DNA of 64,000 nucleotides from Candidatus Bathyarchaeota archaeon. Its GTDB lineage: Archaea > Thermoproteota > Bathyarchaeia > TCS64. Below, in pieces: positions 1 to 9,091 of this stretch. Each line of letters begins with the position of its first letter. Position 1 is the first letter of the stretch. The stretch spans positions 30,462 through 94,461 of the forward strand of contig JBDRQD010000057.1 in the NCBI GenBank assembly GCA_043826455.1, in the 5' to 3' direction. The notes under the pieces were generated by a model. It did no database searches. It worked only from the letters and a program-made list of their open reading frames with translations, and had not been told where the DNA came from. The position numbers were made by a program, and so were the translations under genes.

Positions 1-88
1 CAAGCTGACGGCGAGCCCCAGCCTCCCCGAGGGGGAGGTACCCATGAGGATAACAGAGAGAGGGATCGAGAGTGACGAAGAGTTCTAA
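1..88 (+). CDS. radA: 3' end of RadA/Rad51-type recombinase (partial)
   Basis: Frame from position 2 reads KLTASPSLPEGEVPMRITERGIESDEEF*, resembling the RadA C-terminal 'SPxLPEGExxFxITExGI' motif. Not in the ORF track. Could be a paralog. Confidence 0.7.
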   Translation, partial: KLTASPSLPEGEVPMRITERGIESDEEF

Positions 89-464
89 CCCCACAAAAGG
101 ATTCACCGTGACCGGCAAGACCAAGGAGGCCGTGTCCACCTTCATAACCAACGTCCTGGAGCGCAAGTTCACCGACGCGGAGCGCACCCTGGAGGACGTG
201 AAGACCAAGAGCTTCAGCGACGACGAGTACAGGGCGGGCTACATCAACGCCCTGGAGGGGATACTGCTGTCCGTCCGGTCAGGGGACGAGAGGGACTTCT
301 TCAACAAGGTGGAGTTCAACAAGAGCAACATGAAGAAGTACACAGAGGACTTCAAGAGCTTCAACAGCAGCCCCATAAGGACCAACTGGGACTTGGGATA
401 CTTCTCGGCGTGGACCGACCTGCTGAACTACCGGATAAACACCGAGAACCACTCTAAACCATAG
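72..464 (+). CDS. Hypothetical protein (true start may be GTG 108)
   Basis: 130-aa ORF with host-like GC3 codon usage; two similar 'YxxGY/LGY' helical segments. Confidence 0.7.
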   Translation: MTKSSNPTKGFTVTGKTKEAVSTFITNVLERKFTDAERTLEDVKTKSFSDDEYRAGYINALEGILLSVRSGDERDFFNKVEFNKSNMKKYTEDFKSFNSSPIRTNWDLGYFSAWTDLLNYRINTENHSKP

Positions 465-723
465 TAATATTCAGGGTGTGCAGAAGGGTCCAGGCGAAGA
501 GCCACAGGAACAGGAAGGCCCCGATACCTATCTTGATGGTCCTGTTCCTGTCGATGCCCGTCAACACGGCCAGGCTCTCAGACAGGGCCACGTAGACGCT
601 GACACCCGCCATGAGCGTCAGGTGCTCCTGTAGACCCAGGATAGAGTTAAGGTACATACACAGGGCGCCTGTTACCAGGGCGCCCCCGGCCTTGATCCAG
701 TAGACCTTCTCAGACGGCTTCAA
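454..723 (-). CDS. Small 3-TM membrane protein, possibly archaeal EMC6-like
   Basis: Three hydrophobic segments; VYWIK near the N-terminus and GIGAFLFLWLFAWTLLHT at the C-terminus. Confidence 0.55.
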   Translation of the reverse strand: MKPSEKVYWIKAGGALVTGALCMYLNSILGLQEHLTLMAGVSVYVALSESLAVLTGIDRNRTIKIGIGAFLFLWLFAWTLLHTLNITMV

Positions 724-776
724 GCGTTGTAGCTCCGGTGGGTTTCAACTCTATTTCCCTACACCCTATATATAGG

Positions 777-1517
777 TTAGCTGATGTACCCCAGCTTCTT
801 CTCCTCGGGGAGGAAGCCCTCTTCCTCCTCCTCGTAGATGTCCAGCCGCTTCTTGATGGAAGCGTCTATCCTCTGGGCCCTGATCCTCAGCTGCTCGGTG
901 TCTATGTCCAGGCTCAGGAGGTCAGCCAGCTTCTCCACCACCGCCTTGCTAGCCAGATGCTGGGGCACGTTGGCGTAGGTGATGTCCCCCATGAGGCAGA
1001 CGCCCTCAATGCCCTTCATCTTGGCCACCCCAATGAGGACCCCGTTGAGCCCGTTCACGGCCCCCTCAGTCTCCAGTATCTTGACGCCCGCGGCCTCCAG
1101 CTCAGGCCTCATGGCCTCATCCGTGTAGATTCCGTACACTTCAGGCGTCTCATAGACATCGTTGGGGTAGGCCGCCATGGTGTACAGGCGCTTCACCCCG
1201 AGGTCGAGGGCGAGCTCACTGATCTTCTCCGCCAGCCTTAGGCTCTCCTCGGGTATGCTGGGCTGGGCGTCCCCTACGCAGATGACCAGGTTGTGCTCCT
1301 TGGACGCGTAGAGCTTGTGGCGTATGGGGGCCAGGTCCACCTTACCGTTGTTGTAGACTAGGACATTGTGGTAGTACTTTATCTCGGCGAAGAGGGTGGC
1401 CCTGAGGCGTCTCCTCAGGTAGTCGGCGGATATCTTGGCCAGGTAGCCCATCCCGGGCCAAGCCGCTATCATGTTGGGCTGCTGCAGCTCGGGTCTGTGC
1501 ATGTATTGGATGTCCAT
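777..1517 (-). CDS. PAC2 family proteasome assembly chaperone
   Basis: AAWPGMG, GDAQP, GLNGVLIG and GVCLMG motifs; likely start MDIQY (1517) or 1529. Confidence 0.85.
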   Translation of the reverse strand: MDIQYMHRPELQQPNMIAAWPGMGYLAKISADYLRRRLRATLFAEIKYYHNVLVYNNGKVDLAPIRHKLYASKEHNLVICVGDAQPSIPEESLRLAEKISELALDLGVKRLYTMAAYPNDVYETPEVYGIYTDEAMRPELEAAGVKILETEGAVNGLNGVLIGVAKMKGIEGVCLMGDITYANVPQHLASKAVVEKLADLLSLDIDTEQLRIRAQRIDASIKKRLDIYEEEEEGFLPEEKKLGYIS

Positions 1518-1787
1518 GAGACTCAGCATATGGTGAAATGTATTCGCATTAAACGTTTCGTTTTCCTGGGCCACACATGGATTCACTGTCGACATGTATG
1601 GGTTGACAACGAGCTTTTGTAGTTCGTGTTAAGCGTTTTAAAGGCGTCTCCCCGTGTTTTTCTATCCCCGGGTAAATACACCGGTTGTCACATAAAGGTG
1701 TAACATTCTTTACACGTGTGAGGCAAAACCTCTATAAGGGTGCATGCGGCTAACCGCCCGTTATGCCTTCTCCGTGAAACAGAACCA

Positions 1788-1797
1788 TATTATAATA
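1788..1797 (+). promoter_or_regulatory. TATA box for the putative ncRNA
   Basis: TATTATAATA preceded by purine-rich GAAACAGAA, about 25-30 nt upstream of the GC-rich stem starting at ~1818. Confidence 0.55.
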
Positions 1798-1816
1798 AAC
1801 GAGTCCAATGTGTTGC

Positions 1817-2013
1817 TGTAGCGGGGGGCACCCGGGGGAGAAGGGGTCCGAGCCCAGCTGACTAGCCCACTAGCGGCGGTTGAGCAGCGACCTTGTTCGG
1901 GTTTGCCTGGACAAGCCCCTGCGCGCGGCCCCCGAAGCCACTGGACTGGGTCCGCACGGATAAGGTCCGGCCGAGGGGACGGGGTTAAGCCCCCGGAACT
2001 GAGCCCCGCTACA
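1817..2013 (+). ncRNA. Unassigned structured ncRNA (~195 nt)
   Basis: Terminal 10-bp stem TGTAGCGGGG/CCCCGCTACA, second stem CCGGGGG/CCCCCGG, internal hairpins, upstream TATA, downstream CCTTTT, no ORF. Confidence 0.7.
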
Positions 2014-2046
2014 CCTTTTCAGGTTCAAGGATAGTGGATACTGGGT

Positions 2047-2397
2047 ATGGCTAGAGTGAGAGAGTGGTCAGACGAGGAGGTTAGGAGACTCACCAAATTG
2101 TATACGTCGAACAAGGCCTTCGATGAGATTGTGCTGGAGTTCCCCTCCCGGACCTCAAACGCCATAAGACTCAAGGCCTCCAGGATGGGTTTAAAGAGAC
2201 CGACCTTTCCTGTGAACCTGATCCAAGCCGAGAGAGTGAGGTATCACTCCCTGGACGGGGACGGCGCCACAGGATACCTCATCAAGTGCAGTGAGTGCGG
2301 CTCATGGATCCAGGCCGAGAGGACGGGTGGCGGCATATGCCAGACCATCTCCTGCAGCGAGTGCGGCGCCCTCCACGAGGTGCTTACAGATTCCTAA
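2047..2397 (+). CDS. Myb/SANT-like HTH plus C-terminal zinc ribbon protein
   Basis: WSDEEVRRL...RTSNAIRLKA; two CSECG motifs. Confidence 0.7.
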   Translation: MARVREWSDEEVRRLTKLYTSNKAFDEIVLEFPSRTSNAIRLKASRMGLKRPTFPVNLIQAERVRYHSLDGDGATGYLIKCSECGSWIQAERTGGGICQTISCSECGALHEVLTDS

Positions 2398-2466
2398 GTG
2401 AACTCGGGTGCGCCGGGTTCATGATGTTTTTATACCCTTTAACCTAAGTTGATATGAGGGTGCCTG

Positions 2467-3020
2467 ATGGTACTAGAGATCACTTCCAGGATGCTGGTGA
2501 GGGAAGCAATGTCCAGCCCCGTTATATCCATCCACGAGGACGCCAGCGTGGTGGAGCTGGCTGACACCATGAAGACCCAGAGAGTGGGCGCCATCATCGT
2601 CGTTAACAAGCAGAGCAAGCCTGTGGGCATCGTCACCGAGAGGGACATCGTGACCCGGGTGGTGGCGGGAGGAAGAACCCCTAAGGCGGTGATAGCTAAG
2701 GAGATCATGTCCTCGCCCCTCAGGATGGTGGAGCCGGACATGAAGCTCATGGACGTCATGAGCCTCATGGATAAGCTCAACGTGAGGCGCCTGGGTGTTA
2801 TATACAAGGGGGACCTGGTCGGCATCGTGTCAGACAGGGACATCATACGGCTGGTGCCCACCATCGTGGAGATCATGAGGAGCAGAGGGAGATCAACAAC
2901 CTGGCCAACGTGTCAGGTCCATCAGTGGCCGGGTACTGCGACCGCTGCGAGATCTACAGCAACAACCTGCGGACCGTGGACGGAGAGTTCCTCTGCGAGG
3001 ACTGTAGGGTAGAGGAGTAA
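2467..3020 (+). CDS. CBS-domain protein with C-terminal Zn ribbon, frameshifted near 2879
   Basis: Tandem CBS (GIVTERDI, GIVSDRDI). An alternate frame from ~2880 reads EQREINN...GYCDRCEIYSNNLRTVDGEFLCEDCRVEE* (stop 3018-3020). Confidence 0.8.
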
Positions 3021-3051
3021 ACCCTTAACCCGTCCAACCATACTTCTACTC

Positions 3052-3528
3052 ATGAGGCCCCGTTTCCTTGTGGACAGCATGCTGGGCTCCCTGTCCCGGT
3101 GGCTGAGGATAACGGGGTTCGACGCGGAGTATCGGAGGGACGCCGCCGACGAGGACCTCATAGATGAGGCCATCGCCACGGGGCGGGTGCTATTGACCCG
3201 GGACAAGGTGTTGGCGGCTAGAGCAGCCAAGAGGGGTGTCCAGGTGGTGCTGGTGGAGGGCGAGCATGACGTGGAGCAGCTGGGTATGGTGGCGTCGGCC
3301 CTTAGCCTGGAACTGGAGGTCTCCGAGTCCAGGTGCCCGAAATGTAACGGATGCCTCGAGAGGGCCGAGAAGAGTATGCTAACGGACCAGGTTCCAGAAG
3401 CGTCCCTCAACGCCTTCGACGAGTTCTGGGTCTGTCGGGAGTGTGGCTCCGTATTCTGGAGGGGGAGCCACTGGGACCAGATAAGATCCACCCTCGAGAA
3501 GGCCGAAAGGATGGGGAGCACGGGCTAA
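3052..3528 (+). CDS. Mut7-C RNase (PIN) domain protein
   Basis: FLVDSMLGSLSRWLR, LLTRD, RCPKCNG, CRECGSVFWRGSHW. Confidence 0.9.
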   Translation: MRPRFLVDSMLGSLSRWLRITGFDAEYRRDAADEDLIDEAIATGRVLLTRDKVLAARAAKRGVQVVLVEGEHDVEQLGMVASALSLELEVSESRCPKCNGCLERAEKSMLTDQVPEASLNAFDEFWVCRECGSVFWRGSHWDQIRSTLEKAERMGSTG

Positions 3529-3577
3529 GTCTTTATAAGATGATGTAGGTGAGCTTGTCTTAAAGGGGGCCATACAT

Positions 3578-4192
3578 CTGTTCAGTTTAACTGATAAGGA
3601 GGGGGAGTACCTGGTGCGGTTAGCCCGGGCCACCATAGAGGCAAGGCTGGGGCTGGCTGAAGCCCCCAACGTGACTGACGCCCCGAAGGCCACACATGAG
3701 AAATGCGGGGTCTTCGTCACCCTCAACAAACTGGGGGCGGGCGGTCACAGCCTTAGGGGCTGCATTGGCTATCCTCTTCCCCATAAGCGGCTGATTGAGG
3801 CGCTCACCGAGTCAGCTTTGAACGCCGCCTTCGACGACCCCAGGTTTCCCCCCGTGAAAGCCCCAGAGATGGACAGGATCACGGTGGAGGTGAGCGTCCT
3901 TACGCCCCCCGAAACCGTTAAAGTGGGTTCCCCTAGAGAATACACTGAGCATGTGAGGGTCGGCACGGACGGCCTCATCGTGGGCAGAGGGATGAGGAGG
4001 GGGCTTCTGCTCCCCCAGGTGGCCACGGACTGGAGTTGGGACTCTGAGGAGTTCCTCTCCCAGTGCTGCTTGAAGGCTGGCCTACCCCCGGACGCCTGGC
4101 TCCTGGAAGAGACAGAGGTGGAGAGGTTTCAGGCCATAATCTTCGGGGAGGAGTTGCCCCGAGGCAAGGTGTCGAGACACAAGTTAATCTGA
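3578..4192 (+). CDS. AMMECR1/AmmeMemoRadiSam A family protein
   Basis: GVFVTL, LRGCIG, DPRF, GLLLPQVA, CLKAG. Frame extends upstream of GTG 3614 to CTG 3578 (LFSLTDKEGEYLVRLAR). Confidence 0.9.
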   Translation: MFSLTDKEGEYLVRLARATIEARLGLAEAPNVTDAPKATHEKCGVFVTLNKLGAGGHSLRGCIGYPLPHKRLIEALTESALNAAFDDPRFPPVKAPEMDRITVEVSVLTPPETVKVGSPREYTEHVRVGTDGLIVGRGMRRGLLLPQVATDWSWDSEEFLSQCCLKAGLPPDAWLLEETEVERFQAIIFGEELPRGKVSRHKLI

Positions 4193-4208
4193 GGAGAAGG
4201 TCACCCCG

Positions 4209-5399
4209 TTGGACGGATTCGAAGGGTCACGGATCTACTTCAGCCCATGCGGCATAGGACTGGGTCACGTGAGTAGAAGTGTCCCCCTCGCTCAGGAGGT
4301 CGTTAAGCGGGGTGGCAGTGTACTGTTCTCCACGTACCTGGAGGCCGTGGACTATGTGCAGAAGTATGGGCTGCCCGTGGTGGCTGCGCCACCCATACAG
4401 ATGGAGAACGACCCAACGGGGAGCATAGACATCAAGGGCACAACCATTGAAGCGGGGATCACCGCTATACCCACCTTCATGGAGCAGATCAGGTTCGAGA
4501 TACTGTACATGAAGGCCTTCAAGCCCCACGTAGTCTTCTCGGACTCACGCCTGAGCACCATATACGCCGCCAAGCTGCTGAAGCTGCCCATTGTGCTGCT
4601 GCTGAACCAGTTTCTGCCGCGGATACCCAGGGTGGAGGACACCAACTTCTTCAGGATCGTGGACGGCACAATCCTCACCCTCCTAGGCAGGAGTTGGACC
4701 CTCAGCGACGTCCTGGTGATCCCTGACTTCCCGGAACCCTACACCATCAGCCTTGACAGCCTGAGGATGCCGAGGCGGTACGGCGCCCGCGTGAACCTGG
4801 TGGGATGCATACTGCCTGAGAAGCCTGAGGACAACCACAAGAGAGAAGAGATCAGGGAGAGCCTGGGGGTTGAGGAGGGGCAGACCCTGGTGTACGCCGG
4901 GATCAGTGGCCCCCGCTCCGAGAGGATGCCTCTCATCAATATGCTTGTCCCCATATTCAAGAGGTTCCCTGAAAGGTACAAGGTTATCATGTCCATGGGG
5001 GTCCCGGACGGGGGCTCCAAGGCGGTTAACCACTCATCCCTCACCCTGATCCCTTGGATTGAGAACAGGTTCGAGTACCTGAACGCGTGCGACATGGTCA
5101 TCAGCAGAGGCGGCCACGAGACCATCATGCAGAGCATATGCTACGGGAAGCCCAGCATCATCATCCCCGTGCCTAAACACCCTGAGCAGTACGGTAACGC
5201 ACGCCGAGCCATGGAGCTGGGGGTGGCCAAGGCGATCCACCAGAGCAACGTGTCTCAGGAGAGCCTCTTTAAGAAGGTAGACGCAGTGGTAGACAACGAC
5301 CACTATGGGCAGAGGCTGCAGGAAATCAACTCCAAGGAGAAGCTGGACATGGGCCTGGAGCACACCTTGGAGGTCATCCACGAGTTCCTCGTCGGCTAG
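4209..5399 (+). CDS. GT-B glycosyltransferase (GT28/MurG-like)
   Basis: GIGLGHVSR, ISRGGHET, PEQYGNA. Confidence 0.85.
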   Translation: MDGFEGSRIYFSPCGIGLGHVSRSVPLAQEVVKRGGSVLFSTYLEAVDYVQKYGLPVVAAPPIQMENDPTGSIDIKGTTIEAGITAIPTFMEQIRFEILYMKAFKPHVVFSDSRLSTIYAAKLLKLPIVLLLNQFLPRIPRVEDTNFFRIVDGTILTLLGRSWTLSDVLVIPDFPEPYTISLDSLRMPRRYGARVNLVGCILPEKPEDNHKREEIRESLGVEEGQTLVYAGISGPRSERMPLINMLVPIFKRFPERYKVIMSMGVPDGGSKAVNHSSLTLIPWIENRFEYLNACDMVISRGGHETIMQSICYGKPSIIIPVPKHPEQYGNARRAMELGVAKAIHQSNVSQESLFKKVDAVVDNDHYGQRLQEINSKEKLDMGLEHTLEVIHEFLVG

Positions 5400-5438
5400 T
5401 CGAATGTGTTAAATCGGGTACCGCTTGTATTTGGGGGC

Positions 5439-5747
5439 ATGGACTACCACTATGCTAAGAAACGTGACCCGAAGGTCAACGAGTACTTCGACACGGGCGT
5501 CATGGACGCCTGGAGTGAATGGAATAGGAAGGTCATGGAGCCGGGTAAGCTGGACGTGAAGACCAAGGAGCTCATCGCCGTGGCTTGCACCTACATGACG
5601 AGGTGCCCATACTGCATCGAGGGACACGCGAAGGCGGCCATCAAGGCGGGGGCCACCAAGGAGGAGCTGGCCGAGGTCATCCAGATAACCATGGCGCTCA
5701 GCAGCGGAGCAGTAGTCGCCCACAGGAACTTCGCCCTAGACGTCTAG
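5439..5747 (+). CDS. Carboxymuconolactone decarboxylase/AhpD-like protein
   Basis: LDVKTKELIA...CPYCIEGH...AGATKEEL. Confidence 0.85.
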   Translation: MDYHYAKKRDPKVNEYFDTGVMDAWSEWNRKVMEPGKLDVKTKELIAVACTYMTRCPYCIEGHAKAAIKAGATKEELAEVIQITMALSSGAVVAHRNFALDV

Positions 5748-5753
5748 GACCCC

Positions 5754-8597
5754 CTATTTGTTGTCCCAGTACTGTCTTGTCTTCATGTACTGTATCTTCG
5801 CTTTGAGCAGGTCCTTGTAGAACTCCTCGTCGCTGCGGTGCATCTTGCTGAGCACCTGGTATGATGTGACTGGGCCGACGCCATAGACCATGAGGGCCTC
5901 CACGGCCTTCCTGCCGTAGCTGAGGACCATATCGGCGGTCTTCCGCCCGTGGACTAGCTGGTCCTGGTCGTCCCCGAAGAGTTCCTCCCCTTCTTTGAAG
6001 CGTCGGAGGAGTCCTAGGAAGTGGTCCGGGCTCTGGTGTCGTCTCATCATGGCGAGGAGGCCGCTGCTGCAGCTGCCGCACCGGGGGTGGTCCTCCATCT
6101 CTCTGATCCTTATCCTCTGGTGCCACTCTCCGCAGCTGACGCAGGCCAGGTGGACGCTCCGAGACTCTATGTTCTCCTTCATGTACCCTAGCTGGTCCTT
6201 GATGGTGGCGTCCGTCGCCATGAGCTCCTCGGCGTCGGCGTACTTCTCCAGGATGTGGCGGGCCAGGGTGCTAGGCTGAGCCACCAGCCTGGTTGAAACC
6301 GCCACTGAGCCGTCCCTGATGCGGGCTAACACCTCCTTCAAGCCTGGGAGGTCAAGCTTCTCCTGGTATGCTTCACGCAGTGTCTCCTTGTAGATGGGAG
6401 TGTCCTTGAACCTGAAGTACAGGTTCTCCAGCCTGTCGGGGCCCATGATCTTGCCCCGGGGGATGACGCCGAACCTCTCAGCGATGAACTTCATCTTGTA
6501 GCCGAAGGGGAACCTGGCCTCCAGGAACTCTGTGAGAAGCCTGTCAGCGTCCTCCTCGGTGAAGCCTACGAGGATGCTCCTAATCTCATCCAGGTCTTGG
6601 TTCTCCAGTTTGTGGGGGGCCTCCACCAGCACCCTGTAGGGATCGTTCCACCAGTTGTAGATGAGGTCCCGCTGGCTTAGGGCCGCGTCCAGGACGGCTC
6701 CCAGGGTCCTGTTGAGGTTCTCGCCCCGGGTGCTGTGGATGACCAGGTACCTGTCGTATGCCTCCAGCACCAGGTTGTCTGGGCTCGGTAGGGGCACCCC
6801 CGACTTGAGGTGGGCTAGGGACTCGTCCGCGATCTCTTTGAGGCTGCTCTCGTCGGCGTCCATGGCCCTCGCCATCTCCGGGAGGGCCTCACCTTTCACG
6901 GCCTCAGACACTCGTCCACGTAGCCTGCCTCCCTCCTCGGCCACCTCTCTGGTGACGGGTATTAGCTCGCCGTCCCACCCCGGCAGGGCTCCCAGGGGGT
7001 CCGTGCTGGGGAGGGCGTGGAGGACGCCCCTCTCCTCGTCTATCTGGAGGATTCGCCAGACGCGGCCGCGGAGTATGACGTTGAGGCCGACGCGGGCTCG
7101 GAGGCTCCAGAACTCGTCGCCCACTGTGCCCACCACCTCGTCAGTGACGGCGTTGATGAAGGGGTACCGTCGCTCGTCGTTGATCATCCCCAGGTTCTCG
7201 TAGTAGTACTTTCTCCCTTTCCCGGTCTTCCTCAGTTTGTCATCCATCTTTACTATCACCCCTATCTTATGCATGAAGGTGGTGAGCTCGTCCAGCTCAG
7301 CCTCTGAAAGCCCCCGGAACGGGTAGGCCCTCATCACCAGCTTAAGGGCCTCAGCCTGATCCAAACCCTCCTCGTGGCTGAGGGTGAGGCCCACCAGCTG
7401 GTGGGTGAGGACGTCCAGGGGCTTCATGTGGATCATGGTGGGCTCCAGCTGCTTACGACGCGCCATATCCGAGGCCACCAGGCTCTCAAGAGCATCCTCC
7501 CCGTAGGCGGGTATGGTGACTCCCTCGCTGAGCATGCTGATCCTGTGGCCTGCCCGTCCTACCCGCTGGATGAGGGCGGAGACCTGGCGGGGGCTCTGGT
7601 ACTGGATGCAGAGGTCCACATCGCCAACATCGATGCCCAGCTGGAGGGTGCTGGTACAGACTATAGCCTTGAGCTCGCCCGCCTTGAACTCGTCCTCCAC
7701 CCTGTGCCTCTGCTCCCTGCTGAGGCTGCCGTGGTGGACCTCGACGCCTTTGTCCAGTTGCTTGAGCTTGAAGCCAAGGCTCTCAGCCTGGCCCCGGCCC
7801 TGGACGAAGATGAGGGTGCTATTGTGGTCCCGGACCAGCTGCCTGATCCTGCTGAGCCTGGAGGCCGCCTTGGGGCTGGTGTCCAGCTCGTCGGCCAGGT
7901 CGTAGTCTGCCTCCGTGGGCTGGGGGTACTCCACGTTGTACAGGTATCTCTTGTCCACTTCCACCTCCACGGCGGTCACCGGGTGGACGCCGCCCAGGAA
8001 CCGGGCCACCTCCCCGGGGCTGCCCACCGTGGCGCTGAGACCGATCCTCTGGAACCGGGCTATCTCCTCAAGCCTCTCCATACCGACGGTGAGCTGGGTA
8101 CCCCTCTTGCTTCCAGCTAGGTCGTGTATCTCGTCCACTATGAGCCAGCGCACAGCCTCCAGGTGCTGCCTCATGGACTTGGTGGGCAGGATGGCCTGGA
8201 GGGTCTCAGGGGTGGTTATCAGCATCTGGGGCGGCCTCCGGCTTTGCTGCCTCCGTTCCCTCTGGGTGGTATCTCCGTGGCGCACCTGCACGGTGATGCC
8301 CAGGTGGTCGGCCCAGAACATCATGCGCCTGTGGATGTCCCGGTTCAGGGCCCGCAGCGGCGTGATGTAGATGATACTGATCCCCTTGGCCGGGGGGGCG
8401 CTCAGGTAGCTGTGGAACACTGGTAGGAGCGCCGCCTCCGTCTTGCCGCTGGCCGTGGGCGCTATGAGGAGGACGTTCTCGCCCCGGGTTATGGGTTCTA
8501 TGACCTTCTCCTGGGGCGGCGTCGGCTCATCTATGCCCAGCGCCTGCAGCCCTGACCTGATCCTGGGGTGGAGGCTGTCGAAGACGCTGGGGCTCAT
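5754..8597 (-). CDS. lhr: Lhr-family DEAD/DEAH helicase with C-terminal Zn finger
   Basis: APTASGKT, TTPETL, DEIH, LSAT, HHGSLS, QRVGRAGH; C-terminal CxxC...CxxC. Confidence 0.92.
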   Translation of the reverse strand: MSPSVFDSLHPRIRSGLQALGIDEPTPPQEKVIEPITRGENVLLIAPTASGKTEAALLPVFHSYLSAPPAKGISIIYITPLRALNRDIHRRMMFWADHLGITVQVRHGDTTQRERRQQSRRPPQMLITTPETLQAILPTKSMRQHLEAVRWLIVDEIHDLAGSKRGTQLTVGMERLEEIARFQRIGLSATVGSPGEVARFLGGVHPVTAVEVEVDKRYLYNVEYPQPTEADYDLADELDTSPKAASRLSRIRQLVRDHNSTLIFVQGRGQAESLGFKLKQLDKGVEVHHGSLSREQRHRVEDEFKAGELKAIVCTSTLQLGIDVGDVDLCIQYQSPRQVSALIQRVGRAGHRISMLSEGVTIPAYGEDALESLVASDMARRKQLEPTMIHMKPLDVLTHQLVGLTLSHEEGLDQAEALKLVMRAYPFRGLSEAELDELTTFMHKIGVIVKMDDKLRKTGKGRKYYYENLGMINDERRYPFINAVTDEVVGTVGDEFWSLRARVGLNVILRGRVWRILQIDEERGVLHALPSTDPLGALPGWDGELIPVTREVAEEGGRLRGRVSEAVKGEALPEMARAMDADESSLKEIADESLAHLKSGVPLPSPDNLVLEAYDRYLVIHSTRGENLNRTLGAVLDAALSQRDLIYNWWNDPYRVLVEAPHKLENQDLDEIRSILVGFTEEDADRLLTEFLEARFPFGYKMKFIAERFGVIPRGKIMGPDRLENLYFRFKDTPIYKETLREAYQEKLDLPGLKEVLARIRDGSVAVSTRLVAQPSTLARHILEKYADAEELMATDATIKDQLGYMKENIESRSVHLACVSCGEWHQRIRIREMEDHPRCGSCSSGLLAMMRRHQSPDHFLGLLRRFKEGEELFGDDQDQLVHGRKTADMVLSYGRKAVEALMVYGVGPVTSYQVLSKMHRSDEEFYKDLLKAKIQYMKTRQYWDNK

Positions 8598-8678
8598 GGG
8601 TATGGTGGGGCTTGTGGTGGAAATAAAGGCTACTCACTAGAGGTTTTTGATTAACTGTGTGGGCCCTGGAGCCAAGGA

Positions 8679-9028
8679 GAAGTCATCTCACTGAAGAAAA
8701 AGCATGAACCAAAAGATGAAATTTTATCCGCCTTATCCCGGCTGGCACAGGATAAGCCACCTGGCGGAACGATACGTGTACCACACCAGCACCGGACACC
8801 CAGTGAGGGGGAGGGGGGTAGAGCAAGATAGACCGGAAACGGACGCCCCACACCAAAAGGAGCCACAGAACAGGTCCGACGCCGCATGAATCTATGCAAA
8901 AACGCTGTCCATACCATACAAAAACACGGCACATTCATCACATCAAGCACAGGGCAACGATGGTTGATGTGCAATAAACGTGGGGGTATCACCTATTGGC
9001 GAATATTTCTATTATTATAAAAATAAGT
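8679..9028 (-). repeat. Non-coding dispersed repeat, copy A (inverted relative to copy B)
   Basis: Reverse complement aligns by eye with 17069-17403, e.g. CCGTTTCCGGT(C/T)TATCTTGCTCTACCCCC, TGATACCCCC, TTGCACATCAA and GGTGGCTTATCCTG...CGGGATAAGGCGGA. Confidence 0.85.
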
Positions 9029-9091
9029 GTGCCCGCCCTGACGAAGCCGACGCCCACGGCACCTAAAAAAAGAAGATAATCAAAACCCTCA

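Noticed and set aside
1670..1725. GGTTGTCACAT..GGTGTAAC upstream of PAC2 as a third heat-shock operator
   Set aside because: Only a partial match; lacks the AACC-N3-GGTT core
1817..2013. RNase P RNA, SRP RNA, tRNA-iMet or cobalamin/SAM riboswitch
   Set aside because: Only fragments resemble these (AGCGGGG/CCCCGCTA, GCCACTG). GAGGAAAGTCC, ACAGAA..GGCTTA, the SRP GGAA helix 8 and a T-loop are missing on both strands.
8651..8992. ORFs in the repeat (8651-8992, 8683-8934, 8704-8889, 17169-17432)
   Set aside because: Indels between the two copies break frame conservation and codon usage is atypical; treated as non-coding
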